Source: Candidatus Uhrbacteria bacterium | GTDB taxonomy: Bacteria > Patescibacteriota > Patescibacteriia > UBA9934 > GWF2-40-263 | Assembly: GCA_013204385.1 (NCBI GenBank) | Contig: JABMNY010000003.1 | Coordinates: forward strand, 14,270-78,269 | Direction of reading: 5' to 3' | DNA length: 64,000 nucleotides | Shown here: piece after piece, positions 1-10,472 of the stretch | How the letters are laid out: the number at the start of each line of letters is the position of its first letter | Position numbering within the stretch: the first letter of the stretch is position 1 | Notes under the pieces: generated by a model | Database searches by the model: none | What the model was told of the DNA's origin: nothing | The model's input: the letters and a program-made list of their open reading frames with translations, nothing else | Position numbers and translations under genes: made by a program

Positions 1-326
1 GTGGAGGTAATTCCACCAGGAACAGCCACCATCACCTCCGGACGGAACAATCGAACGCCTCCAAGGGCTTTGTTAATAAAATATCGGAGCATCGCCTCCG
101 TTGTGCGATAGTCTGCAATCACTCCGTCTTTGAGCGGACGTCTGGCCACAATCGAGTCTGGCGTTCGACCAATCATGTCTTTTGCCTCTTTTCCAACCGC
201 TAGGACTTTTTTATCAATGTATGAGACAGCCACCACGGAAGGTTCATGAATAATAATCCCTCGTTTAGGAACATAAACGAGGACAGTGGTGGTCCCAAGG
301 TCGATACCAATTTTTCTTTGAAACAT
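1..326 (-). CDS. mreB: Rod shape-determining protein MreB (N-terminal part, gene continues beyond window start)
   Basis: Reverse-complement translation from ATG at ~326: MFQRKIGIDLGTTTVLVYVPKRGIIIHEPSVVAVS... actin-like ATPase phosphate-1 motif DLGTT; not in ORF track because truncated by window edge. Confidence 0.9.
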   Translation of the reverse strand, partial: MFQRKIGIDLGTTTVLVYVPKRGIIIHEPSVVAVSYIDKKVLAVGKEAKDMIGRTPDSIVARRPLKDGVIADYRTTEAMLRYFINKALGGVRLFRPEVMVAVPGGITS

Positions 327-328
327 AC

Positions 329-2386
329 CTATAAAGCAACGTGAATCTGAAGGTCTTGATCTAAAATCGTATTCAAACGGTAGTACGCATCTCCCCACTG
401 TCCAGCCTCTTCTGAAGGGCTTGCGTGTGTCACATTCTTACCAAAATCAAGGTTGAGCGTCAACGCATTATTTTGTGCTCCAGCCTGTTTCAAAAAAGTT
501 AAGTCATATTCTCCTGATTCAATGGAAGAAACCACCTCAGGAGAAAGCATGAACTCAAACATGAGCGTACTCTCCTGCCCAGGCTCAACAGAGGTAAACG
601 TTCCAAAAGAGACCAGCCCTAATTCTTCTACCACATCCACAGGACCTTCTGCCTTTGTGGGATTTTGCGTCTTGTCATTCAACCAAGATCCATCCACGCT
701 GAGTAATTCCGTTCCCTCAGGAAGATATACGCGTGTATAGGTACGGTACCGTGTCGTCTTCCAGTCAAACACGCCGGTATGCATGTACTCAATGGACACA
801 CGGGCAAGCCATTGATCCGCAGAGTTCTGATACACCTCATACGTCACGTGGCGTGCAACTGCTGGATCTGATTTCAAACTAGCAAGGTTCGCATCCACAA
901 CAAGGAGAGTGTCTACCGTCGAACTCTCAACAGAACCAGCCCAACCTGTACGCACCAAAACTTCTTCGACCGATTCCTCTGTGCTATACAATAAAAGTTG
1001 TTTCTCTTGAAGTGCTTGTTTCATGACGAAAAATACCTGTGGCCACTCTTGCGAAGAAAGCGCATAGAGCCGTGATTTCATTTCGTTTACAAGATCCGCT
1101 AAAATTTCTTTTCTTTGGGCTTCTAAAAGCCCGTCATTCACATATCCATACTGCACTTGATACTCGAGGAGGTCCGCCACATTCTCTGAGGTAAATGTCT
1201 GTCCAGCGACGGTAATGGGCCCCGTAATATTCAGAAGATCCGCGGCGAATGTTGCTGTAAGCCCTATGACATGATCGACGTGATCAACAGCTGGAACCGA
1301 AGATCCCTCAGGAAGAAGGGCAACTTCTTCTAGAAAAAGCTCTATTCCTTGTCTAGAAGACTCGGCAAAATCTGGAGACCAGTTACTGTCTCGAAAGAAC
1401 CAATTCGATGTTGCATTATAGCGACCGAGTGGTTCAGGGGCTGTTCGCGTGATCAATTCTTCAACCGCTCGATCCAAAGTATAGACGTCTGTTGTCTCAA
1501 GATGCGCAATATCTCCTCCATACATTTCAAGAACCCCATAGGAACCAATAAACCCTCCCCCCGGTCGCAACTCATTATTATTCAAAAACAGTAACAGGAT
1601 GGAGGACGGATCCTCAAGACCCGCAAACGCTGGCAAAATTCTCGCGGCAATTGAAAGCAGATATAACGGCTCCTGCATCTCTTCCAAATCTTGTGCAAGC
1701 GGATTCAACACAGAGAGGAGCGGTCCGACTTGAACAGATTGCGAGAGGAACACAATCTCCTCCTGCAAAATATCCATCTGTGCAACCAGAAGGTCTAGGT
1801 TATCAACCGAGGCTTCCAATCGTTGAAGAATAGATCGCTTTGTTTCAGTCGAAAGATCTTCAAACGTAACCTCTGGCTTCAGGCCTTCACGCATCTGTTT
1901 AAGATAAGAGGCACTTAATCCTGAAAGTTGCACAAGATCAGACCCTAAATCCACAAGTGGAATAAAGCTTGCGATCAAGCTTTCACTTGAATCAATGATA
2001 TCTGCAAATGACTCAATGGAACTCCCAATAACCGGCACCCATTGCATGGTACGAACGATTGGCATGACACGTGTGGCGGAAGTGAGAGAAACGGAGGCAT
2101 TCTCAAGCGCCACCTCTGCTGTATCAAATTCAAATTGTTCAACAGCGTCCTTTGCATTCAAAATATCGTCACGCGCATCAAAAAGAGTGGTCGTGAGATA
2201 AACGGCAGCCGCTGCACATCCACTAATCCACACAATTAGAACAACAACCATGAACACGAAAAAAACACGGAATGTTCGTGCGCGTGACTGTCGAACCTGA
2301 ACCTCTTTAGGTTCGGTCGTGTGAAGATAATTCGGTGCGTGTGTCATGCCCCCTATGAGAATATTTCTTATAGTAGTATAGCGCAC
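329..2386 (-). CDS. DUF4012-like membrane-anchored envelope protein (N-terminal TM helix, NNNELRPGGGFIGSYG motif)
   Basis: 685-aa ORF; TM segment FFVFMVVVLIVWI; motif recalled from DUF4012 family that typically precedes glycosyltransferases; true start may be an internal Met (overlaps next gene by ~80 nt). Confidence 0.6.
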   Translation of the reverse strand: MRYTTIRNILIGGMTHAPNYLHTTEPKEVQVRQSRARTFRVFFVFMVVVLIVWISGCAAAAVYLTTTLFDARDDILNAKDAVEQFEFDTAEVALENASVSLTSATRVMPIVRTMQWVPVIGSSIESFADIIDSSESLIASFIPLVDLGSDLVQLSGLSASYLKQMREGLKPEVTFEDLSTETKRSILQRLEASVDNLDLLVAQMDILQEEIVFLSQSVQVGPLLSVLNPLAQDLEEMQEPLYLLSIAARILPAFAGLEDPSSILLLFLNNNELRPGGGFIGSYGVLEMYGGDIAHLETTDVYTLDRAVEELITRTAPEPLGRYNATSNWFFRDSNWSPDFAESSRQGIELFLEEVALLPEGSSVPAVDHVDHVIGLTATFAADLLNITGPITVAGQTFTSENVADLLEYQVQYGYVNDGLLEAQRKEILADLVNEMKSRLYALSSQEWPQVFFVMKQALQEKQLLLYSTEESVEEVLVRTGWAGSVESSTVDTLLVVDANLASLKSDPAVARHVTYEVYQNSADQWLARVSIEYMHTGVFDWKTTRYRTYTRVYLPEGTELLSVDGSWLNDKTQNPTKAEGPVDVVEELGLVSFGTFTSVEPGQESTLMFEFMLSPEVVSSIESGEYDLTFLKQAGAQNNALTLNLDFGKNVTHASPSEEAGQWGDAYYRLNTILDQDLQIHVAL

Positions 2387-3152
2387 TTTTGATTTGAATT
2401 CTGGTGAGGGGGTTCAAAAGCTGTTTAAAAAATCCACCTTGCGCTGTTTCACGACGATGATAGTGAATGAGTTTGACAGGCGGATAATAGACGACGCGCC
2501 ATCCACGTTCCCAAAATCGACGGCACCAATCTTGATCCTCAAAATACACGAAAAAATTTGGATCAAATCCCCCCACCTCCTCCAATGCGCGTCTGCGAAC
2601 AAACATCGCCGCACCAAGGATATAATCGACATCTCGAATCTTCGCACGATCTTCCCCTACCATCAGATAGGAGTCCACGGAACGTTTGGCAAATGGGAGT
2701 GATCGCAAAAATGGCACGCGACGATACAAAATGACACGTGGATCCATAAACCGATACGCACTATGTTGTAGTGATCCATCAGGGTTTTGAAGTTGTGGTC
2801 CAACCATTCCAACGGTTGGATGTGAATCCATAAACGCCAGCAACTGTTCTACTGCCTGAGGCAGTAGAATCATGTCTGGATTGAATACAAAAAGATATCG
2901 ACCAACGGCCGTTTCCATCGCCTTGTTCATTCCGCCCCCAAATCCGATATTGCGGTCACTCACAAGACATTTCACTTCTGGAAATTCCGCTTCAACCATT
3001 GCTTGGACTCGCATGTTGGGATTATTGTCTACAACAATAATCTCATACGAAACAGATGGAGCTGCACGATAAATCCCCTTCAATGTTTGTCGAAGAAGTC
3101 CAGGAGTATTGTAGTGCACGATCAAGAGTGAAACATCTATCATACAAACCAT
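2307..3152 (-). CDS. Glycosyltransferase family 2
   Basis: 281 aa; N-terminal VSLLIVHYNTPGLL...IIVVDNNP typical GT-A fold start, DxD-like region. Confidence 0.75.
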   Translation of the reverse strand: MVCMIDVSLLIVHYNTPGLLRQTLKGIYRAAPSVSYEIIVVDNNPNMRVQAMVEAEFPEVKCLVSDRNIGFGGGMNKAMETAVGRYLFVFNPDMILLPQAVEQLLAFMDSHPTVGMVGPQLQNPDGSLQHSAYRFMDPRVILYRRVPFLRSLPFAKRSVDSYLMVGEDRAKIRDVDYILGAAMFVRRRALEEVGGFDPNFFVYFEDQDWCRRFWERGWRVVYYPPVKLIHYHRRETAQGGFFKQLLNPLTRIQIKSALYYYKKYSHRGHDTRTELSSHDRT

Positions 3153-4192
3153 TTACGAAGATCTTTTGCCGAACGTTTAACGTGACTCATGGTCGCACAC
3201 CGTTTTTTCCACATCGTTGGCAAAAGCCCCACTGCTTCTTTAAACGCACGCCACCCAGTCCGTTCAAATACCAGAACGTATCCCAGTCGACCGATCTCAG
3301 TAACCAAGATGAGAGGAAATGAAAAAAGAAAATTGACGAATCGAAGATTTTTAAAAAGCATCAACCAATGATTCCGTGTTGAAAAAAAGTTTCTCAATGA
3401 CGATTTGTCTCGACGATTACGAAGACGTTCTCTGAATCCACTCTTTTCAGGTCCATACATGCCACGATAATGATACGCAATCGCTTGAGGCACATACAAT
3501 GCATCCCAGCCAGCATGCTGAAGACGCCAAGCGAGATCAACATCTTCTTTGTACGCAAAAAAGTGGTGGTCGAGAATTTCATCCTCATAGCGCACACCCT
3601 CAAGGGCAGATGCTCGATAGAGGGCAAGAGCCCCTGAAATCCCAAACACCTGTTCAACTTGTTCAAATTGTCCTTCATCCAATTCCCCTGCTCCACGATC
3701 TGTCACTGTGCGGTTTTTATGAGGGTTGAGTCCAACAGAATCAATCCGATCTGAACGAATAATCTCTTTGAACAGTTCGTCTCCCAAATTCTCTCCAAAT
3801 GCGCGGAGAAGCTTTCCTCCAAAACTTCCAACCTCTGGATGAGCTTTTGTCACTGCGACAATTTCTGCAAGAAATGTCTCTGACAACAAAACGTCCGGAT
3901 TTGTCAGTAGCACAAATCGATCTTGAACTTCTTCCTTTGGCCAATGCTCCAGAGCATAGCGAATCCCCTGATTATGTGCCGCTGAAAATCCAAGATTTCG
4001 TGCATTTCTTAAAAACGTAATTTCAGGATAGTTTTCACGTAAAAATGACTCAATTCCATCTGTTGAAGCATTATCAATAATAAGCACATTGAAATCCCGG
4101 TAGGTCTGCCCCATAATGGATTCTAAGAGATCTGGAAGGAACCGCATGGAGTTCCAAGTCACAATATGAATGCTGATAGATGGATACGTCAT
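3140..4192 (-). CDS. Glycosyltransferase family 2
   Basis: 350 aa; ISIHIVTWNSMRFLPDLLESIMGQTYRDFNVLIIDNASTDG GT2 signature. Confidence 0.75.
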   Translation of the reverse strand: MTYPSISIHIVTWNSMRFLPDLLESIMGQTYRDFNVLIIDNASTDGIESFLRENYPEITFLRNARNLGFSAAHNQGIRYALEHWPKEEVQDRFVLLTNPDVLLSETFLAEIVAVTKAHPEVGSFGGKLLRAFGENLGDELFKEIIRSDRIDSVGLNPHKNRTVTDRGAGELDEGQFEQVEQVFGISGALALYRASALEGVRYEDEILDHHFFAYKEDVDLAWRLQHAGWDALYVPQAIAYHYRGMYGPEKSGFRERLRNRRDKSSLRNFFSTRNHWLMLFKNLRFVNFLFSFPLILVTEIGRLGYVLVFERTGWRAFKEAVGLLPTMWKKRCATMSHVKRSAKDLRKWFV

Positions 4193-4947
4193 ATGATGCC
4201 CCTATGGTAGACAACAACGCCCAACAAAACAACTCCCCAGACATTCGACCAAAAGTTGGAGTCGGCGTTCTTATTGTAAAAGAAGGAAAAGTACTTCTTG
4301 GGAAGCGAATCGGATCTGATGGAGCAAGGACTTGGAGTACGCCTGGAGGACATCTAGAATATAGAGAACGTTGGGACGAATGTGCTCAACGAGAAACACG
4401 AGAAGAAACAGGTCTTGAGATAAAAAACCTACGGTTCTTTGCGGTAACGAATGACCACTATCCTCAAAGTAAAAAGCACTACATCACAATCATCATGTTA
4501 AGCGATTGGAGTGAAGGGGTAATTGAAAATCGAGAACCAGAAAAATGTGAACAGTGGGAATGGTTTCAATGGGAAGAACTCCCCAGACCTCTGTTCACAC
4601 CCATGAACACGATCGTTCGCCAAGGCCTGCACCCACTCGTAGTCAGGCATGACAAACTCGTTCGAGATCGAATGGCAGAGATTATCGAGTCTCATGGAGA
4701 CACAGCGATTACCTCCACGGCTGATGACCATGAATTTAAACACCGCCTTCGATTGAAGCTGATTGAGGAAGTAGAAGAGTACCTTGAGAGCGAATCACCT
4801 GAAGAACTCGCAGACATCCTGGAAGTCATTCATTCACTCACTGCCCTTCATGGAGTGAACCGCGAACATCTCCATCTGATTCAAACTAAAAAACGCGACG
4901 AGCGCGGAGGGTTTGATAATCGGATTGTCCTAAAAGAGACGAGGTAA
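4180..4947 (+). CDS. NUDIX hydrolase fused to MazG/HisE-like all-alpha NTP pyrophosphohydrolase domain
   Basis: 255 aa; Nudix box GGHLEYRERWDECAQRETREETGL; C-terminal EE-rich helical domain (LIEEVEEYLESESPEELADILEVIHSL). Confidence 0.7.
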   Translation: MDTSYDAPMVDNNAQQNNSPDIRPKVGVGVLIVKEGKVLLGKRIGSDGARTWSTPGGHLEYRERWDECAQRETREETGLEIKNLRFFAVTNDHYPQSKKHYITIIMLSDWSEGVIENREPEKCEQWEWFQWEELPRPLFTPMNTIVRQGLHPLVVRHDKLVRDRMAEIIESHGDTAITSTADDHEFKHRLRLKLIEEVEEYLESESPEELADILEVIHSLTALHGVNREHLHLIQTKKRDERGGFDNRIVLKETR

Positions 4948-6432
4948 TTACCTCGCCTTTTTTGTTACTTGAAATCCAAGGTATTTTCCAATCATGAGTC
5001 TTGTTTGTGCATCGATTGCTGGGAAGGATCCAAATACGATAAATGTGACGGGAAGCAAAAGCCATTGCAATCCCATTACAAGCCACGTATGTCTGCGCAC
5101 TTGTGAAGGACGTGCTGGAAGCAACGTAAGCGACATCATAGCTGAAACAAAAATTCCAACCATCGCGAACTGCATGAGCTGTTCGAGCGTAAACGGGGCA
5201 GCTTGAATCAAGGCGTTTGTCTCCCCTTTTGCCACCCATAACGGCAACCATCCTAAAACGAACATGATGATGGGCGCGGTCGCCCATGTAAACATTCCTT
5301 CGATGTGATTAAACACATATTGAAACTTCTTTCTTTTTGAAATGAGTGGATCGCGTTTAAATCCATCAATCACATACGGAAGATGCTCCACTCCCCAAGC
5401 CCATCGACGCATTTGAATGTATAGCGCCTTCATCGACTCCCAATACGTCTTCCCTGTTACGGCGTCCATGGAGACAGGCAGGAACATTGGGGTCACACGA
5501 TAATCCCCGTGATAATGAAGGAACGCCTGCATGAATATTCGTGAGTCCTCACTCACGATATCTTTCTGCCAAAACCTGACATCCTTCAACATCTTCCAAG
5601 GCATGGAGTGTGAAGAAAACGTCCAAAGACGTTCAGACCGCGTAAGCTCTCCAAACAACCAAAAGGTTGTTCCAAACGCCCCAATACGGACCGGTGCAGA
5701 AGCAGACCAAATATTGTTTGAGAAAAGCGCGATAGGCTGATAGGAAGAATGTGTAGGGTCCTCCACAGTACAGTAGAGATAAGTGAGATACGAAAAATAC
5801 TGGGGATGTGCAATTGTATCGATATCAAACGCCGACACAACAACATCCTCATCTTGAACCTCAGGAAACTGCGTTGCCAAAATCTTCTCCATGGTATGGC
5901 CCATCCAGCTCAAATTTGATCCCTTCCCAGGAATTTCATCCGGAAGCCCCTTTGGATGCACTGTTGAACCAAAATACTTAAACACCGAACCAAATTCTTG
6001 TTCAGCACGACGAACTATTTTTTGAAAAGCCTCCTGATCCGCTTCTTCTCCCCCTAGCACAACCATCATGCGACTGTTTGAAAATCGATTATCTTTGAGA
6101 GAGCGAAGTGTAGAGCGAATAATCTCATACCCCTCCTTATATGTCGGCAGAAGAATCATGTGCACAATCCGATCAGAACCCTCAATCGATGAAAGTTTTG
6201 ATTGCCAATCTGTTTTATTCGCCTGACGATATCGATTCCACGAGATCACCACAAAAATATTGAAGTACAGCACACGAAACAACCACAACAAATCAAACAC
6301 GATGATAAAAATGATCACCCACAGAGGTTGGAAGAAACTCAGAATAAGCGCAATAGAAAAAGTTCCCCAAACCAAGAGGCCGGGGAACATTTCCCAAAAA
6401 CGCATCGATCCGTAGGTGTAAGGTTCTCGCAT
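4948..6432 (-). CDS. Processive family-2 glycosyltransferase (cellulose/chitin-synthase-like), multi-TM
   Basis: 494 aa; N-terminal TM helices, central GT domain, QxxRW motif (IQMRRWAWG); start ATG overlaps upstream stop by 1 nt (TAATG). Confidence 0.7.
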   Translation of the reverse strand: MREPYTYGSMRFWEMFPGLLVWGTFSIALILSFFQPLWVIIFIIVFDLLWLFRVLYFNIFVVISWNRYRQANKTDWQSKLSSIEGSDRIVHMILLPTYKEGYEIIRSTLRSLKDNRFSNSRMMVVLGGEEADQEAFQKIVRRAEQEFGSVFKYFGSTVHPKGLPDEIPGKGSNLSWMGHTMEKILATQFPEVQDEDVVVSAFDIDTIAHPQYFSYLTYLYCTVEDPTHSSYQPIALFSNNIWSASAPVRIGAFGTTFWLFGELTRSERLWTFSSHSMPWKMLKDVRFWQKDIVSEDSRIFMQAFLHYHGDYRVTPMFLPVSMDAVTGKTYWESMKALYIQMRRWAWGVEHLPYVIDGFKRDPLISKRKKFQYVFNHIEGMFTWATAPIIMFVLGWLPLWVAKGETNALIQAAPFTLEQLMQFAMVGIFVSAMMSLTLLPARPSQVRRHTWLVMGLQWLLLPVTFIVFGSFPAIDAQTRLMIGKYLGFQVTKKAR

Positions 6433-7112
6433 TAACGTTCTGATGAAATATCTTTCTTTAATCGAGTCAAGAAACGAGACGCATGTTCTTGTCCCCCAAG
6501 CCCAAATGCCAACCCACCTGAGAGCGCAAGCATTGCAATAAGTCCGGTAAAGAGAACACGAATGAGCTCAGGGGCAATTTGCAACTGCACGAGTGCTGCC
6601 ATGAATGTAAAGATCAAAATCGCCCACTTAGCAATTCCTGAGAGAAAATCTGCAGAAGAAAGTTTTGCTGCTTCTACAGCTGTTTTTACAACGTTCTGAA
6701 CAAAATTTCCAAGCAAGATTCCTGCAAGGAGAATAATAACTGAAATAATGACATTTGGAACAAAGAGAACAACTTGCTGGAGATAATCAGTCACCTGATC
6801 CCAACCAAGAATATCTGTTGCGGCAATCAGGGCAATAATAATCACAAACCACTTTACGATCCATCCAAGAAGGGCTCCGATATGAAGCCGAAGACCAGCT
6901 CGCTCAAACTGAGAAGTAATGTCCAAACGTTTTGCAAGTTCATCAACTCGCAAAAGAGCAATCACCTTAATTACAACGCTTTGCAAGACATGAGCAACGA
7001 TCGCTCCAATAATGAAGACAATAATCGCTCCTAGTAAGTTCGGAAGATACGCAACGATCGTATCCCAAAGTTGCAACAACGGACCTTGAAAAATATCTTG
7101 TGAGAAATACAT
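6432..7112 (-). CDS. Membrane protein with conserved TM-helix repeats (mechanosensitive-channel-like small membrane protein)
   Basis: 226 aa, repeated hydrophobic helices with A/I/L-rich periodicity. Confidence 0.5.
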   Translation of the reverse strand: MYFSQDIFQGPLLQLWDTIVAYLPNLLGAIIVFIIGAIVAHVLQSVVIKVIALLRVDELAKRLDITSQFERAGLRLHIGALLGWIVKWFVIIIALIAATDILGWDQVTDYLQQVVLFVPNVIISVIILLAGILLGNFVQNVVKTAVEAAKLSSADFLSGIAKWAILIFTFMAALVQLQIAPELIRVLFTGLIAMLALSGGLAFGLGGQEHASRFLTRLKKDISSER

Positions 7113-7168
7113 AGGGTATGGATGTTAAAAATTACACGAATGATACGTATACAGTATCACTTTCCTCT

Positions 7169-7603
7169 TTATTCGGGCATGCTCGTTATCCCCATTACTT
7201 GATTACTCTGTGTGATAAGCGGAGGTCGATCATAGGAGGAGTTCACAGACGCACCCCCTTCAAACGTTCGTCCTGCCAACAATTGAGCAAGATCCAGACG
7301 ATCTGGATTTTCTAATCCAAAAATGGGAATAGATTGTGTAAATGCAATCCCATTCGCGATCGTCGTACTTATACGACTCGCCGTAAACGATCCCGGGCCT
7401 GTCACAACAATCACCCCTTTAAGTTGTTCAAGGTTCACTGATTGCTCATGAAGGAACCGATTCAGAGCAGAAAGAAACCCTTCAGGTGACTCAACTAATG
7501 TCACTTCAAATTGAATCTCCATCCCTTCAGACAACCCAAGCGTAAGAGAATGAATGTCTTGTGAGGCAATGAGTAGATACATATTACCCCTTGATATTAT
7601 CAA
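7169..7603 (-). CDS. tsaB: tRNA threonylcarbamoyladenosine biosynthesis protein TsaB (short, N-terminal domain only)
   Basis: 144 aa; VIVVTGPGSFTASRISTTIANGIAF matches YeaZ/TsaB core; likely start at MYLL (~7582) to avoid overlap. Confidence 0.65.
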   Translation of the reverse strand: MIISRGNMYLLIASQDIHSLTLGLSEGMEIQFEVTLVESPEGFLSALNRFLHEQSVNLEQLKGVIVVTGPGSFTASRISTTIANGIAFTQSIPIFGLENPDRLDLAQLLAGRTFEGGASVNSSYDRPPLITQSNQVMGITSMPE

Positions 7604-8189
7604 TCATCACGACACGTTCTCCGTTCAAAATAGAAGAAAGAAATCGATCTGATACTTGACGGCGATCAAGAAACTCATCCTTTGGCATCAATGTATAGTT
7701 AATCTCGTACGGAATTTCATCTTCAAACTTCCCAATCACCTTTTCTAGATCTTCCTGCTTAATTGAACCAACAATCAATATATCTGTGGCAATATCCGTT
7801 GCGTCCACAAAACGTCCCGTAAAGGCAAAATAGTCTATTTTCCCTTTTTCTTGGATTTCTTGAACAAGATTCTGTTTCAGGAGAATTTGTACTTTTTGAA
7901 ATAATGATCGAAGATCCTCAAACAGGATAAAATCTTTATCCACCCCATAATACTTCTTTCTATCGGACAATCGCTTCGCATCCTTCTTTTCGCCTACTTT
8001 TTCATACAAAAGACCAAGTTCTACAAGGTTTTTTAACTCTCTCCTAACAGAATTCAACTGTGCATCGATTCTTCGAGTGAGCTCGCGAACAAAAAAAGTA
8101 TCGCCAGGTTGTTGCAGAAACAAGGCAATAAGCCTTGCTCTGGTCTTAGAACCAAACATCTGCTCAAGTTTAAAAGGTTTTTTCATCAT
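7584..8189 (-). CDS. Winged-helix (ArsR-like) transcriptional regulator domain protein
   Basis: Start chosen at MMKKPF; N-terminal RARLIALFLQQPGDTFFVRELTRRIDAQLNSVRRELKNLVELGLL wHTH pattern. Confidence 0.5.
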   Translation of the reverse strand: MMKKPFKLEQMFGSKTRARLIALFLQQPGDTFFVRELTRRIDAQLNSVRRELKNLVELGLLYEKVGEKKDAKRLSDRKKYYGVDKDFILFEDLRSLFQKVQILLKQNLVQEIQEKGKIDYFAFTGRFVDATDIATDILIVGSIKQEDLEKVIGKFEDEIPYEINYTLMPKDEFLDRRQVSDRFLSSILNGERVVMIDNIKG

Positions 8190-8259
8190 ACATGATTCAT
8201 TTGCGCCCCCAGAGCATCTAGGTATAATGTACACAAATGACCATATCCGGGCAAATTAT

Positions 8260-10470
8260 ATGAGCGTCGAGATTAAAGGAGCTTCCTACGAACCTCAAAC
8301 ACCTGATGAACACATCCGGGGTATCTCTCTCCTCCTTCCGATCCAGGAACGAGGTGGATTTATTTTTTTAACTGCCTACACAAAAAAAGAAAATGCCGAT
8401 TCGGAGTTTCTTCTTCAAGTGTTGATGGATCAGACAAGACGTCTCGCTGATACGTTTGGCAAGGAGGCAAATCCACAACATCGTTTTGAACAATTTCTTG
8501 GTGCGCTAAACGAAACGCTTGCAGAACATGTTCGTGAAGGTCATTGGAATCTTCCCATCGATCAATTTCATGCGTTGATCGGGATTGCTTCCACGACACA
8601 GATGTATCTCTCAGGAACAGGTGAACTCGTCGCACTCTTTCTTCACAAAAAACCATCTCAACGCTACCAGGTCTTCAATTTATTTCGTGGCCTGCAAACA
8701 GAACAGTCATTGTTGACATGGGAAAAAGCCTTCGCGATCGTGTTGGATGGTGATCTCCATCCAGGGGACGTTTTTTGTGTCACAGACAAAGATATTCAGC
8801 AGATGATTCCAACAGATGAACTGAATCATATTCTCTCTTCCCTCCCCCCCATTGGGGCCGTAGAAAAAGTGCGTCAATATTTCTCTCATAAAGAAGGACT
8901 ACTTTTGACGATTCTAAAAACAACGGATGATGCCATCCCCTCAAGCTCTCATCAGAGTCGTTCTGCTGTCCTACAATCCAACCTTTCTGTTGAAGAACTC
9001 AACTCCACAGAAACCACTACTGATCGACTTCTTGATGACCAACGACCAAGTATTTCAATCATCATTAAGAAAATAACGGCGTTCATTCAGTCAAAAACGG
9101 ACCAACGATCACGTCTCTTAAAAGATCTTCAGACGCAAGGTAGTCTGCAACATAGCATTAAGAAAATTGGAAGAATCGTTTGGAAAGGAGGAGTGTTCTT
9201 TGGAAAATACAGTCTAAAGAAAGCCACGAATACAGCACATCTTCTTAACAATAAGGAAGAACGCACAAAGATAAAGGAACACCTTCAAATCAAACAGAGA
9301 GATGCTCATGGAAGTGTTCTCTCACTGGTATCGCGTGTACGTGGTGTTCAAACATCTACAAAATACCTCATAGGAGGAATCGCCGTTGCTCTTCTTGTGT
9401 TAACGATTGGAATTTCTGTCATCTCAAAATCTCAATCTCAAGCCACAGACGAACGCGTCTACCAAGAACATCTCACAGAGATTGAAGATATTATGGAGCG
9501 CGCAGCAGGAGCTGTTATCTACAAAGATGAAAATCAAGCTCGTAGTCTGTATGTGAATGCACAAACACTCATCGAAGAACTTTCTGTAAGCACACCAGAG
9601 CGAGAAGAAATCTCTCAAGGATTGAATAATGATCTTCAGGCAGCACTCAATGAGATTCGCCATCTGGTCACCATTCCGAACCCACCATTGCTTGCAGATC
9701 TTGCACTTCTCACAGATGGAGTCTTTGGAAACACCCTTCTCTTCAACGGAAATTCAGTCTATGTCGCAGGATCTGATGGAAGAGTCTATCTGTATAACAA
9801 TACAGAAAAACGATTCGAGAGCGTCACAGCCACACCCGAAGAAGCAATCTCATCCATTGCGTCGACAGAGGAAGATGGAAGAATGTACCTCCTAAATAGC
9901 TCAGGATCTGTTTCAAGCATCTCTCTTGAAAATACTTCCGTAAGCGCACTTGGGATCGCAGATGCGTATTGGATTGATTTTGAAGCATATGCGAATCGTC
10001 TCTACTTTCTCCGTCCGAGTGGAAATGGAGTAGAAGGCCAAATTATTCGATTCAACAGAAGTGGATCCTCATTCACAGACGAATCAGAATGGATTACTTC
10101 ACGGACAGTTTCATTCGATCATGCAGTTTCAATCGCCGTAGATGGAAATGCTTATGTTCTTATGCAGGATGGATCTATCTCCCGTTTTGCCAGCGGAGCA
10201 GAAGAGGGATGGGATACAGGAATTGTTGATCCACGTATCACGCAAGCGACAAAACTTTGGACAGACACAGAAAGTGAGTATCTCTACATTCTCGAACCCA
10301 CCACCCAACGTCTGATTGTGTTTAAAAAAGATACTGGAGAGTTTGTTGTTCAATATCGATCTGATGCCTTCTCAGGTATCACCGACTTCATTATTGACGA
10401 AGCAGGTTATACCATTTATCTTTTAGCTGGATCAAAACTTTATTCAATCGCCCCAAGTCATCTTGAATAA
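8260..10470 (+). CDS. Large single-pass membrane protein: cytoplasmic N-terminal domain, TM helix, extracytoplasmic beta-rich (propeller-like) C-terminal domain
   Basis: ORF track start 8077 overlaps divergent gene; chose ATG at ~8260 (MSVEIKG) downstream of TATAAT box at ~8223; TM YLIGGIAVALLVLTIGISVI. Confidence 0.5.
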   Translation: MSVEIKGASYEPQTPDEHIRGISLLLPIQERGGFIFLTAYTKKENADSEFLLQVLMDQTRRLADTFGKEANPQHRFEQFLGALNETLAEHVREGHWNLPIDQFHALIGIASTTQMYLSGTGELVALFLHKKPSQRYQVFNLFRGLQTEQSLLTWEKAFAIVLDGDLHPGDVFCVTDKDIQQMIPTDELNHILSSLPPIGAVEKVRQYFSHKEGLLLTILKTTDDAIPSSSHQSRSAVLQSNLSVEELNSTETTTDRLLDDQRPSISIIIKKITAFIQSKTDQRSRLLKDLQTQGSLQHSIKKIGRIVWKGGVFFGKYSLKKATNTAHLLNNKEERTKIKEHLQIKQRDAHGSVLSLVSRVRGVQTSTKYLIGGIAVALLVLTIGISVISKSQSQATDERVYQEHLTEIEDIMERAAGAVIYKDENQARSLYVNAQTLIEELSVSTPEREEISQGLNNDLQAALNEIRHLVTIPNPPLLADLALLTDGVFGNTLLFNGNSVYVAGSDGRVYLYNNTEKRFESVTATPEEAISSIASTEEDGRMYLLNSSGSVSSISLENTSVSALGIADAYWIDFEAYANRLYFLRPSGNGVEGQIIRFNRSGSSFTDESEWITSRTVSFDHAVSIAVDGNAYVLMQDGSISRFASGAEEGWDTGIVDPRITQATKLWTDTESEYLYILEPTTQRLIVFKKDTGEFVVQYRSDAFSGITDFIIDEAGYTIYLLAGSKLYSIAPSHLE

Positions 10471-10472
10471 CT

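Noticed and set aside
8077-8259. Upstream extension of the large membrane protein ORF
   Set aside because: Overlaps the divergent regulator gene and precedes a TATAAT box; an internal ATG downstream of the promoter was chosen instead.
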